From positions 32,001-96,000 of IMG/VR virus record IMGVR_UViG_3300025889_000073: a stretch of 64,000 bases of DNA. The stretch is one strand, 5' to 3'. Shown one piece after another: positions 27,859-35,978 of the stretch (the first letter of the stretch is position 1; every line of letters starts with the position of its first letter). Source of the DNA: a virus. A program made the translations under genes and the position numbers. The notes below the pieces were generated by a model that ran no database searches, was not told the DNA's origin, and saw only the letters and a list, made by a program, of their open reading frames with translations.

Positions 27859-28217
27859 AAAGTATACTGGCAGCGCTTTTGATTATGTTGCCGGTGATTG
27901 GTTTTGCTGAACCAAAAAAGAAAGAAGAATCTAAGCCGTTAATGATGAATGTGGAAACAATGTGCAATGATTCATCATTATTAGATTTGGTTATGTTTAA
28001 ATATGGTGAAATGCCTGTTATAAAAATGGAATCAATTCGTAGTTTAACTAAAGGAGATGATACTACGTCATTTGTTTCAGTTTTATTTGTTAATCAAAAA
28101 ACAAGAAGTTGGACTTTGATTGAAGAACGAGGACCCTTATATTGTGTTATTGGTGTTGGAGTGAACATTCGAATTTTTTCTGATAAACAATCTGAGGAAC
28201 AAACTAAATATTATTGA
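27855..28217 (+). CDS. exported hypothetical protein
   Basis: signal peptide, paired Cys. Confidence 0.65.
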   Translation: MKSILAALLIMLPVIGFAEPKKKEESKPLMMNVETMCNDSSLLDLVMFKYGEMPVIKMESIRSLTKGDDTTSFVSVLFVNQKTRSWTLIEERGPLYCVIGVGVNIRIFSDKQSEEQTKYY

Positions 28218-28220
28218 TAT

Positions 28221-28567
28221 ATTGCTGTATGAAGCAATGAGAAAGGTGTTCTGGACGGCGGTTCGATTCCGCCCACCTCCACCATAAGCACACTGGCCTT
28301 TGGGTGTAGTCCGTAAGGATCAAGAGATAATTTCAAAGACCCCATATAACCAAGTTAGTGTGCTTTTGATGGGGGTGTACAGGTTTCGACAGGGCAATGA
28401 GTAACAGAGTGGACAGCAGGGCAATGTGAAAGCCCTTAGGGTTGAGACTACTCGGCCGAAGAAGCAAAAAAAGTAAACGCAAACGATGAAGTTTACGCAC
28501 TAGCTGCCTAATAAAAGGTAAGCAGGAGTTTTTGGAGGTTTTGACTTGGCAACAGAACAAAACCTCC
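28221..28567 (+). ncRNA. ssrA: circularly permuted two-piece tmRNA, tag ANDEVYALAA
   Basis: acceptor piece with T-arm and CACCTCC-ACCA ends at 28284; coding piece starts GGGGGTG...TTCGAC at 28371 (G3:U70); tag 28479-28511. Confidence 0.92.
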
Positions 28568-28599
28568 TTTCGGAAAAGTATTGAAAAGAGTGAAAAGAT

Positions 28600-28929
28600 A
28601 TGATTGGTATAGATTTAACTAGAATTTCTAGGTTTGAAGGTATTGATTTAGAACGCCTTGGTATGAAATTAGGTCATAAATTAGATAGTCCAAAAACTGC
28701 TGCTAAAGTTTGGGCCTGTCTTGAGGCTTTAACAAAAGCTGAAGGAAAAAAGTTTAACCCCAAAAATATAAAGTTACTTTTTAACGTAGCCTGTGCGCCA
28801 ACGGTAAAAGGTGTTGACCCTAATCCTATGGTTTATTCTGACCGTGTATTATCTGGTGAATATATATTATCTTTAACCCATGAAGGCGACTATGTTGCCG
28901 TTGTTGCTTTGCGTAAGGAAATGAAATGA
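28600..28929 (+). CDS. acpS: holo-ACP synthase (4'-phosphopantetheinyl transferase)
   Basis: IGIDL..ISRF, WACLEALTKA, LSLTHEGDY. Confidence 0.8.
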   Translation: MIGIDLTRISRFEGIDLERLGMKLGHKLDSPKTAAKVWACLEALTKAEGKKFNPKNIKLLFNVACAPTVKGVDPNPMVYSDRVLSGEYILSLTHEGDYVAVVALRKEMK

Positions 28930-29189
28930 CAAGAGAAGAAGTGATTAATCAAATAAGTGAACTTTTTAATTCCAAATATGGCATTTTGTTGACAGATTAT
29001 CCTGAAGATACTGATGTTACACTATTCGCTGAAATCAATGATAAATTAGATTCTATTGAATTTATGAATTTTATTTTTGATGTTGAGGATATGTTTGAGA
29101 TTAGAGATGCTGGTGACAATGGTGCACCAACAAAATTAGGTGAATTATACGATATGTTCGAAAAAGCTATTTTGGAAAAACAAAAATGA
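28926..29189 (+). CDS. acyl carrier protein
   Basis: acidic, 87 aa, LDSIE (Ser43)...VEDMFEI. Confidence 0.85.
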   Translation: MTREEVINQISELFNSKYGILLTDYPEDTDVTLFAEINDKLDSIEFMNFIFDVEDMFEIRDAGDNGAPTKLGELYDMFEKAILEKQK

Positions 29190-29971
29190 AAAATCTTTTT
29201 AGGGGAACATCGAAAAATTCTCAAATAGTCATAGTGTCTCAAGTTATATTGGGAACATTATCGGGAATATATTTCTTGTTTACCGGTGCATATAGTTATA
29301 TTTGGTATGCATTTATAATGTTTTTCGTTTTCAATCATTTTTTCCACAACGTAGCACTACATAGATATTTTTCACATAAAGCTTTTAAGACAAACAAATT
29401 TTGGCATATTTTTATGGCCATGTTTTCACCATTAGCTTCTGCGGGTTCTCCTTATGGTTATGCCATGGCACATAGAACTCATCATATGTATTCTGATGGA
29501 GAAAAAGACCCAACGAATTTAAATCAAGGCCTTTTGAACGTGGCTTTTTTTCGATGGAACTTAAAACACGTTCCATTACCAATTATGAGAAGTTTGGGTA
29601 ATGATAAGTGGATTATGTTATCACATAATTACTATGTCGGTATAATTTTACTTTTCTGGTTGACATTGATGATTATTGATGTTAGACTGGCCTTGATGTA
29701 TAATTTGGCCGGCCTGTTTATGTTTTTTGAATATTGTGTTATTAATATTGTCAATCATTCTGGATTGCCTTTTTCTTATCGAAATCACGACACCAAAGAC
29801 AATACAACAAATGATTTATTTACAGGACTATTTTGTGGTGACTGGCACAATAATCATCACAATAAGGCCACCAATTGGAATCAAAGGGAGAACTGGTGGG
29901 AGTTTGATATACCCGCACAAATGATAAAGATGATTAAATATGATGATGCAGATGATAAAGCATATAATTAA
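29186..29971 (+). CDS. membrane fatty-acid desaturase (delta-9-like)
   Basis: His boxes HRYFSH, HRTHH, HNNHH; TM segments. Confidence 0.9.
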   Translation: MKNLFRGTSKNSQIVIVSQVILGTLSGIYFLFTGAYSYIWYAFIMFFVFNHFFHNVALHRYFSHKAFKTNKFWHIFMAMFSPLASAGSPYGYAMAHRTHHMYSDGEKDPTNLNQGLLNVAFFRWNLKHVPLPIMRSLGNDKWIMLSHNYYVGIILLFWLTLMIIDVRLALMYNLAGLFMFFEYCVINIVNHSGLPFSYRNHDTKDNTTNDLFTGLFCGDWHNNHHNKATNWNQRENWWEFDIPAQMIKMIKYDDADDKAYN

Positions 29972-30083
29972 TCGAATATATCGCCTTTTGGGTGGTGAAT
30001 ATGTTTGGTGGCAAACTTTAGGATATTTAATCATACACTCATTAATTTTTTATCAAGTTGTGTACTTGGAATATATTAAATGA
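29940..30083 (+). CDS. small membrane peptide (up to 47 aa)
   Basis: MMMQMIKH...LGYLIIHSLIFYQVVYLEYIK; ATGA overlap with fabF. Confidence 0.5.
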   Translation: MMMQMIKHIINRIYRLLGGEYVWWQTLGYLIIHSLIFYQVVYLEYIK

Positions 30084-31273
30084 ACAGACGAGTTGTTATT
30101 ACTGGTATTGGATGTGTCACACCAATTGGTGTTTCTTATACTGAAGTCAAAGATTCTTTGATGACCGGTAAATCTGGTATCAAATATTATGAAGACATAA
30201 AAGCAAATCTTGGTCGAGTTGAGTTTGATATTGATTCACAAATTGAACCGTTAGACCAAACTATCACAGATAGAATTTCCAGATTTGCATGGTATTCTTA
30301 TTTGAAATGTATAGAAGATGCCAAAGTTACAAGTGAAGATGTTGATGGAATTTTCTTTGGTGTTGGTTTTTGTGGCAGTTATACGATTGAGAACACTTTT
30401 CCAGAATATTTAAAAAATCGCCGGGCAAGACCAAACACTTTAGTTAATATTTGTCCTAATTCTCCTGCTTGTTTCATTGCACTCAAGGAAAAAATTACAG
30501 GCATAAATTTTACATATAATAACGCTTGTGCTTCATCAACTTTAGCTTTGGGTGAAGCATATGAAAAAATTTCAAATGGCCAATGTGATGGTATGATTGT
30601 CGGCGGCACAGAATCCTCCGTTAACGATTATGGCATCACAACGTGGCACGGAATGAGAGCTATATCACCAAAAGATGAAGGTCCAACAGCGTGTAGACCT
30701 TTTTCTAAAGATAGAACTGGTGTTGTTGTGGCTGAAGGTTGTGCTGTTTTTTATTTGGAAGAATATGAAAAAGCTAAAGCTCGTGGCGCTAAAATTTATG
30801 CTGAGATATTTGGATATGGAACATCATGGGGCACAGAGTCTATGACCAAACCTAGTGTCGAAGGTGAAAAGAGGGCTATATTAAAAGCTATAGATAAAAT
30901 ACCACAAGGCAGAAAGGTAACCTTTATATCAGCTCATGGTACAGCTACTCCTACTGGTGATATGGTTGAACTACAAGCTATTAGTGAATGTTTTGGAGAG
31001 GAAGTTGAGGAAATTGCAATCACCTCGACAAAATCTCTACACGGTCATACACTAGGTGCCGCAGGGGCAATTGAAACTTTAGGATGTATTGCCGTTTTAG
31101 AAGAAGATAGAATTATACCAAATTGGCATTTAGGTGAACACGACCCGAATACGCCAGAAAATGTATTCTTACCCACTAAACCTATTGACAAAAAGCAGGA
31201 TTTGTGTTTTAATAACTCATTTGCTTTTGGTGGCAGCAATGCCGTTTTAGTTCTTGGTAAATGTTTGGAGTGA
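30080..31273 (+). CDS. fabF: beta-ketoacyl-ACP synthase II-like
   Basis: RRVVITGIG, NACASS, AHGTAT, KSLHGHTLGAAG, NSFAFGG. Confidence 0.92.
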   Translation: MNRRVVITGIGCVTPIGVSYTEVKDSLMTGKSGIKYYEDIKANLGRVEFDIDSQIEPLDQTITDRISRFAWYSYLKCIEDAKVTSEDVDGIFFGVGFCGSYTIENTFPEYLKNRRARPNTLVNICPNSPACFIALKEKITGINFTYNNACASSTLALGEAYEKISNGQCDGMIVGGTESSVNDYGITTWHGMRAISPKDEGPTACRPFSKDRTGVVVAEGCAVFYLEEYEKAKARGAKIYAEIFGYGTSWGTESMTKPSVEGEKRAILKAIDKIPQGRKVTFISAHGTATPTGDMVELQAISECFGEEVEEIAITSTKSLHGHTLGAAGAIETLGCIAVLEEDRIIPNWHLGEHDPNTPENVFLPTKPIDKKQDLCFNNSFAFGGSNAVLVLGKCLE

Positions 31274-31276
31274 AAA

Positions 31277-31501
31277 ATGCCGTTTTCGGTAAAACCAATT
31301 GAAGAAACTATCACACAGGTAGAACAACAGGTATCAAATATTAACATCGAAAAGTTCACAAATTCGGAAAAATTTGATGTACTTTTTGTCATTATGATTG
31401 TTTTGTTGATGTTTGCTTTTAGTCGTTTTACAGCAGTTATATTTAAACTTATAGGTGCTGTAATTATAGGCCTTGGTGTATATACATTGTTTTTAACATG
31501 A
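31277..31501 (+). CDS. small 2-TM protein
   Basis: hydrophobic C-terminal half. Confidence 0.6.
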   Translation: MPFSVKPIEETITQVEQQVSNINIEKFTNSEKFDVLFVIMIVLLMFAFSRFTAVIFKLIGAVIIGLGVYTLFLT

Positions 31502-31557
31502 AAGTCTTAATCAGTAAATATCGTAATCATTGGTTGTCTCCTTATACAAACTACTAA
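31498..31557 (+). pseudogene. truncated gene remnant MKVLISKYRNHWLSPYTNY
   Basis: ATGA-coupled start; resembles the N-terminus of the 5329 ORF. Confidence 0.4.
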
Positions 31558-31608
31558 ATAACAGACCAGGTAAACTGGTACACACACAAAACACACAAGG
31601 ATAAAACT

Positions 31609-31872
31609 ATGTCAAATTTAACGCCTTTTGAAATTCGACTAGAGTTACTGAAAATGGCTCAAACGATGGTCGAACAAGATTATTATGCAAAACGTGAAGT
31701 CATCGCAAATCAATATGCAACAGATTGTGATGATGCAAAACTCCAGGGTAAACAACCACCTACACATCCTGGATTTCCTCCATACCCATCAGAAGCAGAA
31801 GTCATTGCGAAAGCACAGACTTTGAATACCTTTGTTTCTAATCTTCCTTTAGAATCTAAGAAGAAGCCTTGA
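31609..31872 (+). CDS. phage protein (TPFEIRLELLKMA family)
   Basis: TAAATA element, CA-rich leader, AAGGA SD, own terminator. Confidence 0.8.
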   Translation: MSNLTPFEIRLELLKMAQTMVEQDYYAKREVIANQYATDCDDAKLQGKQPPTHPGFPPYPSEAEVIAKAQTLNTFVSNLPLESKKKP

Positions 31873-31878
31873 TGAACC

Positions 31879-31902
31879 AGCCGGCCTTGTGCCGGCTTTT
31901 TT
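31879..31902 (+). terminator. intrinsic terminator
   Basis: AGCCGGC-CTTGT-GCCGGCT followed by a T-tract. Confidence 0.85.
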
Positions 31903-31914
31903 ATAGGAAAAACA

Positions 31915-32505
31915 ATGTTAAAATACCTTTCAATATCACTTATTATTGTGATGTCGATGATTATTTTAGAAGAACCAAAAAGTACACAAATAGGAAACTC
32001 ATTTGTTGAAATGGTACCGGAGGTTGAACCGCCTACACCTCTCTTTGTTTTTAATCCTAAATTACAGGATTTTGATAAGAATGAGATGAAAGTCATACAA
32101 TGTTTAGCTGGCAATATTTATTTCGAAGCAAGAAATGAACCTGTAGATGGCCAAATTGCTGTGGCTTTTGTTACATTAAACAGAGTCAATTCTAAAGATT
32201 TTCCAAACGATGTTTGTTCCGTTGTCAAAGAGAAAAATGGCAGAACTTGTCAATTTTCTTGGTATTGTGAGAGTAAACCAAAAAGGCAATATTATAGAAT
32301 GAAATTGACGGATGATAGAAATGAAGTTTATAATAGAATTGTTGAATTGTCTATGTTTATATTGGTAAATCATGAGAAATTGGATGACCCCACACATGGT
32401 TCTCTATATTACCATGCAAATTACGTTAGACCAAATTGGAGACATCTACAAAAGAAAATTGTTATAGGCAGACACATATTTTATACAGAAAAAAATAATA
32501 TTTGA
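31915..32505 (+). CDS. SleB/CwlJ-like cell wall hydrolase
   Basis: CLAGNIYFEARNE, NRV, CQFSW, YYHANYV, IGRHIFY. Confidence 0.9.
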   Translation: MLKYLSISLIIVMSMIILEEPKSTQIGNSFVEMVPEVEPPTPLFVFNPKLQDFDKNEMKVIQCLAGNIYFEARNEPVDGQIAVAFVTLNRVNSKDFPNDVCSVVKEKNGRTCQFSWYCESKPKRQYYRMKLTDDRNEVYNRIVELSMFILVNHEKLDDPTHGSLYYHANYVRPNWRHLQKKIVIGRHIFYTEKNNI

Positions 32506-32507
32506 TG

Positions 32508-32540
32508 ATTGCCACATTTTTATTTGAAATGTAGTATAAT
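32508..32540 (+). promoter_or_regulatory. atypical promoter with ATTGCCACA box
   Basis: TTGCCA 32509, 20-nt spacer, TATAAT 32535. Confidence 0.55.
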
Positions 32541-32573
32541 AAACTTACTTTGAAAATTTTAAAAGGAAACATT

Positions 32574-33029
32574 ATGTCTCGTTATACATTTATTTGTGAA
32601 CATTTCAACTATGGTAATGGTGAGGAAACTGTTCAGTCTAAACACACCACAGAATTTCGTGCAGATGATTTGACTTCAATGTTGGAAAATTTTGAACTCT
32701 TTCTCCGTGGCTCTGGTTTCACTCTCAATGGTTATTTGGATATCGAACCATTTCCAAAAAGCTTTCCAGATGATGAAGAAGATGGGTATATGGTCGATGA
32801 AGGTGAATCTCAAGAATTGGAAGAAAATTCTGCTTGGAGTTGGACAGTAAATGAATTACAACTTGCCCAACAACTTGAAGATGAAAAACAAATGCAGTTA
32901 AATTTGGAAGAAGAAAAGTTCTACCATGGAAAATGTGAAATTTGTAATTTGGACAAGCAGATGATGATGCGTTATGATTGTTTCGATTTGAATTGTCCAG
33001 TTCACGTTAAACAATTTGTTGCACAATAA
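32574..33029 (+). CDS. acidic hypothetical protein
   Basis: AAGGA SD; FELFLRGSGF; C-terminal Cys cluster. Confidence 0.7.
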   Translation: MSRYTFICEHFNYGNGEETVQSKHTTEFRADDLTSMLENFELFLRGSGFTLNGYLDIEPFPKSFPDDEEDGYMVDEGESQELEENSAWSWTVNELQLAQQLEDEKQMQLNLEEEKFYHGKCEICNLDKQMMMRYDCFDLNCPVHVKQFVAQ

Positions 33030-33033
33030 ATGT

Positions 33034-33258
33034 ATGCCGACTAAGGAAGAAATGTTAAATTTTGCTAAAGCTATTGAAGCTTTAGTTGCAAATAACGATT
33101 TCAATTATATTGAAGCTATAGTTGAATATTGTAATGAGACTGGTTTGGAAATTGAAGTTGCTGCATCTTTGGTTAATCAAAATTTAAAAGCTAAACTACA
33201 AAATGATGCAGTAGAAAATAAAATGATAAAAGAAAAAGGTAACAAATTACCTATATGA
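33034..33258 (+). CDS. 33: late transcription coactivator gp33
   Basis: F..AIE....YIEAIVEYC...EIE; immediately upstream of gp59. Confidence 0.8.
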   Translation: MPTKEEMLNFAKAIEALVANNDFNYIEAIVEYCNETGLEIEVAASLVNQNLKAKLQNDAVENKMIKEKGNKLPI

Positions 33259-33259
33259 T

Positions 33260-33856
33260 ATGACTGGTTATGAAGCGTTTGGAATTTATCAATCTTTAAA
33301 ATTACACTTTACTCAGGATTCTTACGATTATTTTAAATATAATGGTAAAACGAATGTGACTTTAAATTCTTTTGACAACAGAAAAGACAAATATTATTAT
33401 CACAAACTCTCCCGTAAATACCCAAACAAAGAAGATTTTTGTAACTTATTGGTTTCAAATTTATTGGAAAATGAGAACCTATGGGTTGCAGATTTATTAC
33501 AGGAAGAAGCTGAGATAATAAACAAAAAAAGGCAAAAGGTGATACAGTCTTTGTCTTATATTTTTGAAAATGACTGTAGGAGTCTTTTTGAAGGTGTTTC
33601 TACACCAAATGAGTTGATAAAAGTGAATGATGGAGATTATCCTATTTTATTACAAAAAACTTTGCGTAAAAATGTTGAGTTTGAAACTCTTTGCCTATTA
33701 GGCAATATTCTAGGTTTCTTGCCGATGTGGAAAAACAAAATTGCCGATACAATCAGATGGCCTGTTGTTTACCGAAAAATTGTTAAGTATGCCGCATTTT
33801 TACCTCAGGATACAGTAAAATATAGATTGATTTTAAGGAGAATTGTGAATGGCTAA
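33260..33856 (+). CDS. 59: helicase loader gp59
   Basis: YQSLKLHF...YDYFKYNGK...RKDKY. Confidence 0.88.
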   Translation: MTGYEAFGIYQSLKLHFTQDSYDYFKYNGKTNVTLNSFDNRKDKYYYHKLSRKYPNKEDFCNLLVSNLLENENLWVADLLQEEAEIINKKRQKVIQSLSYIFENDCRSLFEGVSTPNELIKVNDGDYPILLQKTLRKNVEFETLCLLGNILGFLPMWKNKIADTIRWPVVYRKIVKYAAFLPQDTVKYRLILRRIVNG

Positions 33857-34478
33857 TCATGTAACAACAAATGTAACTTTTCACGAAATCAATGATGCTG
33901 CTAAAGCTAAATTGGCAGAATTGTTTTCACGCCTGAGGCCTACCGAAAAAGATAGGCACTACCAATGGTTCGGTGACCTTTGGGTTGATGGTAAAGATGG
34001 TTCACCAACATACGAAGAAACTGAACAGTATGCTTGGACAGTCGATAACATTGGTCCTAAGTGGTGTTATGTTGAAGAAGTGGGAGATGATTATTTTAGA
34101 ACCGAATCGGCCTGGTCGTATCCTAGTGATGGTATCATGTGGTTATTGAATCAATTGGCAGAACTTGATCCGAATCTTATTGCTTCGGCAACATTTGAAG
34201 ACGAATGCCTAAACTTTTTTGGTTATGAAGTTTATGATGCCAATTCGGTTTATGAATACGAAGAATTACAATATGAAAATATTGTTGAATTGGTGAAACA
34301 AGAACATCCTGAATTGAATGAAATGTGGGATGAAGAAGAAGAAGATTTTACTGATGATGGCCGTGACCTTTTTTATGAAAGTGTTTACGAAATCGTTTAC
34401 AACAAATCTGATGAATTTATTACAAATGAAATTGAATACTTGAAAGAATATAGAAAAGAACTTGAAGATGAAAGTTAA
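33849..34478 (+). CDS. acidic protein, YubB/DUF1281 ferredoxin-like
   Basis: NIGPKW...ESAWSYP. Confidence 0.55.
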   Translation: MANHVTTNVTFHEINDAAKAKLAELFSRLRPTEKDRHYQWFGDLWVDGKDGSPTYEETEQYAWTVDNIGPKWCYVEEVGDDYFRTESAWSYPSDGIMWLLNQLAELDPNLIASATFEDECLNFFGYEVYDANSVYEYEELQYENIVELVKQEHPELNEMWDEEEEDFTDDGRDLFYESVYEIVYNKSDEFITNEIEYLKEYRKELEDES

Positions 34479-34977
34479 AAAGATTTACTTAGATATGGAT
34501 GGTGTTCTGTCTGATTTTCATAAAAGATATGCTGAACTCTTTGGTGAAAATGCAGCTGGCGAGGACCGTCCAAACAAAAAATCTTCAGAAAACTGGAAAG
34601 AGTTTGTAAAATCTGGCCAGTTTGAAACGCTCGATTGGTTTCCTGGAGGGCAAGAACTTTTAACATATGTTTTTAGTCTAGGTCTACCTATCGAAATTTT
34701 ATCATCAACTGGAGGACCGAAGTACCATTCTGAAGTAAGAAAACAGAAAATTTCTTGGTTACTAGATAAGGATATTTTATTACTTGAGCAGGAAAAAATA
34801 GCATTGAATATTGTTCCTGGTCGCAGAGTGAAAAGATTTTATTCTTTTTCTGGTAATGTTTTGATTGATGATACTGAAGATGTGGTAGAAGAATTCAATC
34901 AATATGGTGGCACGGCAATCTTACATAGGAACGTCAACACTACCATAACCACTCTTGAATCTCTACTAAATAAATGA
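34468..34977 (+). CDS. HAD-family 5'(3')-deoxyribonucleotidase
   Basis: YLDMDGVLSDF, ILSS, LIDD. Confidence 0.85.
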   Translation: MKVKKIYLDMDGVLSDFHKRYAELFGENAAGEDRPNKKSSENWKEFVKSGQFETLDWFPGGQELLTYVFSLGLPIEILSSTGGPKYHSEVRKQKISWLLDKDILLLEQEKIALNIVPGRRVKRFYSFSGNVLIDDTEDVVEEFNQYGGTAILHRNVNTTITTLESLLNK

Positions 34978-35004
34978 TATACTATGTTTTTGTGGACAAG
35001 AAAA

Positions 35005-35031
35005 TATACTCCGTTTATACTCCGTTTATAC
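35005..35031 (+). repeat. 2.5 x 11-bp tandem repeat in the gp32 leader
   Basis: TATACTCCGTT TATACTCCGTT TATAC. Confidence 0.75.
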
Positions 35032-35044
35032 GAAAGGAAATACT

Positions 35045-35923
35045 ATGAGCAGTTTTGCTAATCTCAAACGCAATCGTTCTTCTTTGGACAAATTGACAAA
35101 GGCGATTGAATCAACAAATCAAACCACAGAATCTGGTTCGAAAGACGACAATAGATTCTGGCAACCACAAGTAGATAAATCTGGTAATGGCATGGCCGTT
35201 ATCCGTTTTCTTCCTGCTCCCGCAGCTGATGGTGATGAATCTCTCCCTTGGGTTCGTGTATTCTCTCACGGCTTTCAAGGACCCGGCGGTTGGTTCATTG
35301 ATAACTGTTTGACAACCCTCAATGAGAAGTGTCCTGTCTGTGAACACAATAATACTTTGTGGAATTCTGGCATCGATGCTAATAAAGATATCGCTCGTAA
35401 GCAGAAACGCAAGTTATCTTATGTAGCGAATATTCTGGTTGTTTCTGACCCAAGTAATCCTGAAAATGAAGGTCAAGTCAAACTGTATAAGTTTGGTAAG
35501 AAAATCTTTGATAAGATTACTGAAGCGATGAATCCAGAATTTGCTGATGAAACACCTGTTAACCCATTTGATATGTGGGAAGGTGCTAACTTCAAGTTGA
35601 AGATTCGTAATGTTGAAGGTTATCGTAATTATGACAAATCAGAGTTTGCTGGTCAATCTGCACTCTTTGATGGTGATGATGAGAAACTGGAAGAGTTGTG
35701 GAAATCAGAATTCTCTCTAAAGGAATTTACTGAGAAGAAAAACTTTAAGGCTTATGACAAACTTAAAGAGCGTTTGGATAAAGTTTTGGGTTTTGAAGGT
35801 ACTGCAGCACCTAAAGCCAGGAATGTTGAAGAATCCTTTGATGATGACACTCCACCGTTTGACACTTCTAATAATGCTGAAGAAGATGATTTAGATTATT
35901 TTAAATCATTAGCTGAAGAATAA
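35045..35923 (+). CDS. 32: ssDNA-binding protein gp32
   Basis: AVIRFLP, HGFQGPGG, CLTT..CPVC, FGKKIFDKI, NYDKS, acidic tail. Confidence 0.95.
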   Translation: MSSFANLKRNRSSLDKLTKAIESTNQTTESGSKDDNRFWQPQVDKSGNGMAVIRFLPAPAADGDESLPWVRVFSHGFQGPGGWFIDNCLTTLNEKCPVCEHNNTLWNSGIDANKDIARKQKRKLSYVANILVVSDPSNPENEGQVKLYKFGKKIFDKITEAMNPEFADETPVNPFDMWEGANFKLKIRNVEGYRNYDKSEFAGQSALFDGDDEKLEELWKSEFSLKEFTEKKNFKAYDKLKERLDKVLGFEGTAAPKARNVEESFDDDTPPFDTSNNAEEDDLDYFKSLAEE

Positions 35924-35944
35924 AAATACCGTGTGAAGGTAGGC

Positions 35945-35978
35945 AAAGGAGGCAAAGTCAATAAGTCCTCCTTTTTTT
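35945..35978. terminator. terminator between convergent operons
   Basis: AAAGGAGG...CCTCCTTTTTTT. Confidence 0.6.

Noticed and set aside
28333-28560. minus-strand 75-aa ORF
   Set aside because: Antisense shadow of the tmRNA
27193-28600. CRISPR-Cas (Cas4-like nuclease next to a non-coding region)
   Set aside because: No repeat-spacer array; the non-coding region is the tmRNA, and stand-alone PD-(D/E)XK exonucleases are common in T4-like phages
28600-31273. host chromosomal contamination as the source of the fab-like genes
   Set aside because: Same strand, composition and tight gene packing as flanking phage genes; gene order unlike housekeeping fab operons; read-level check still advisable
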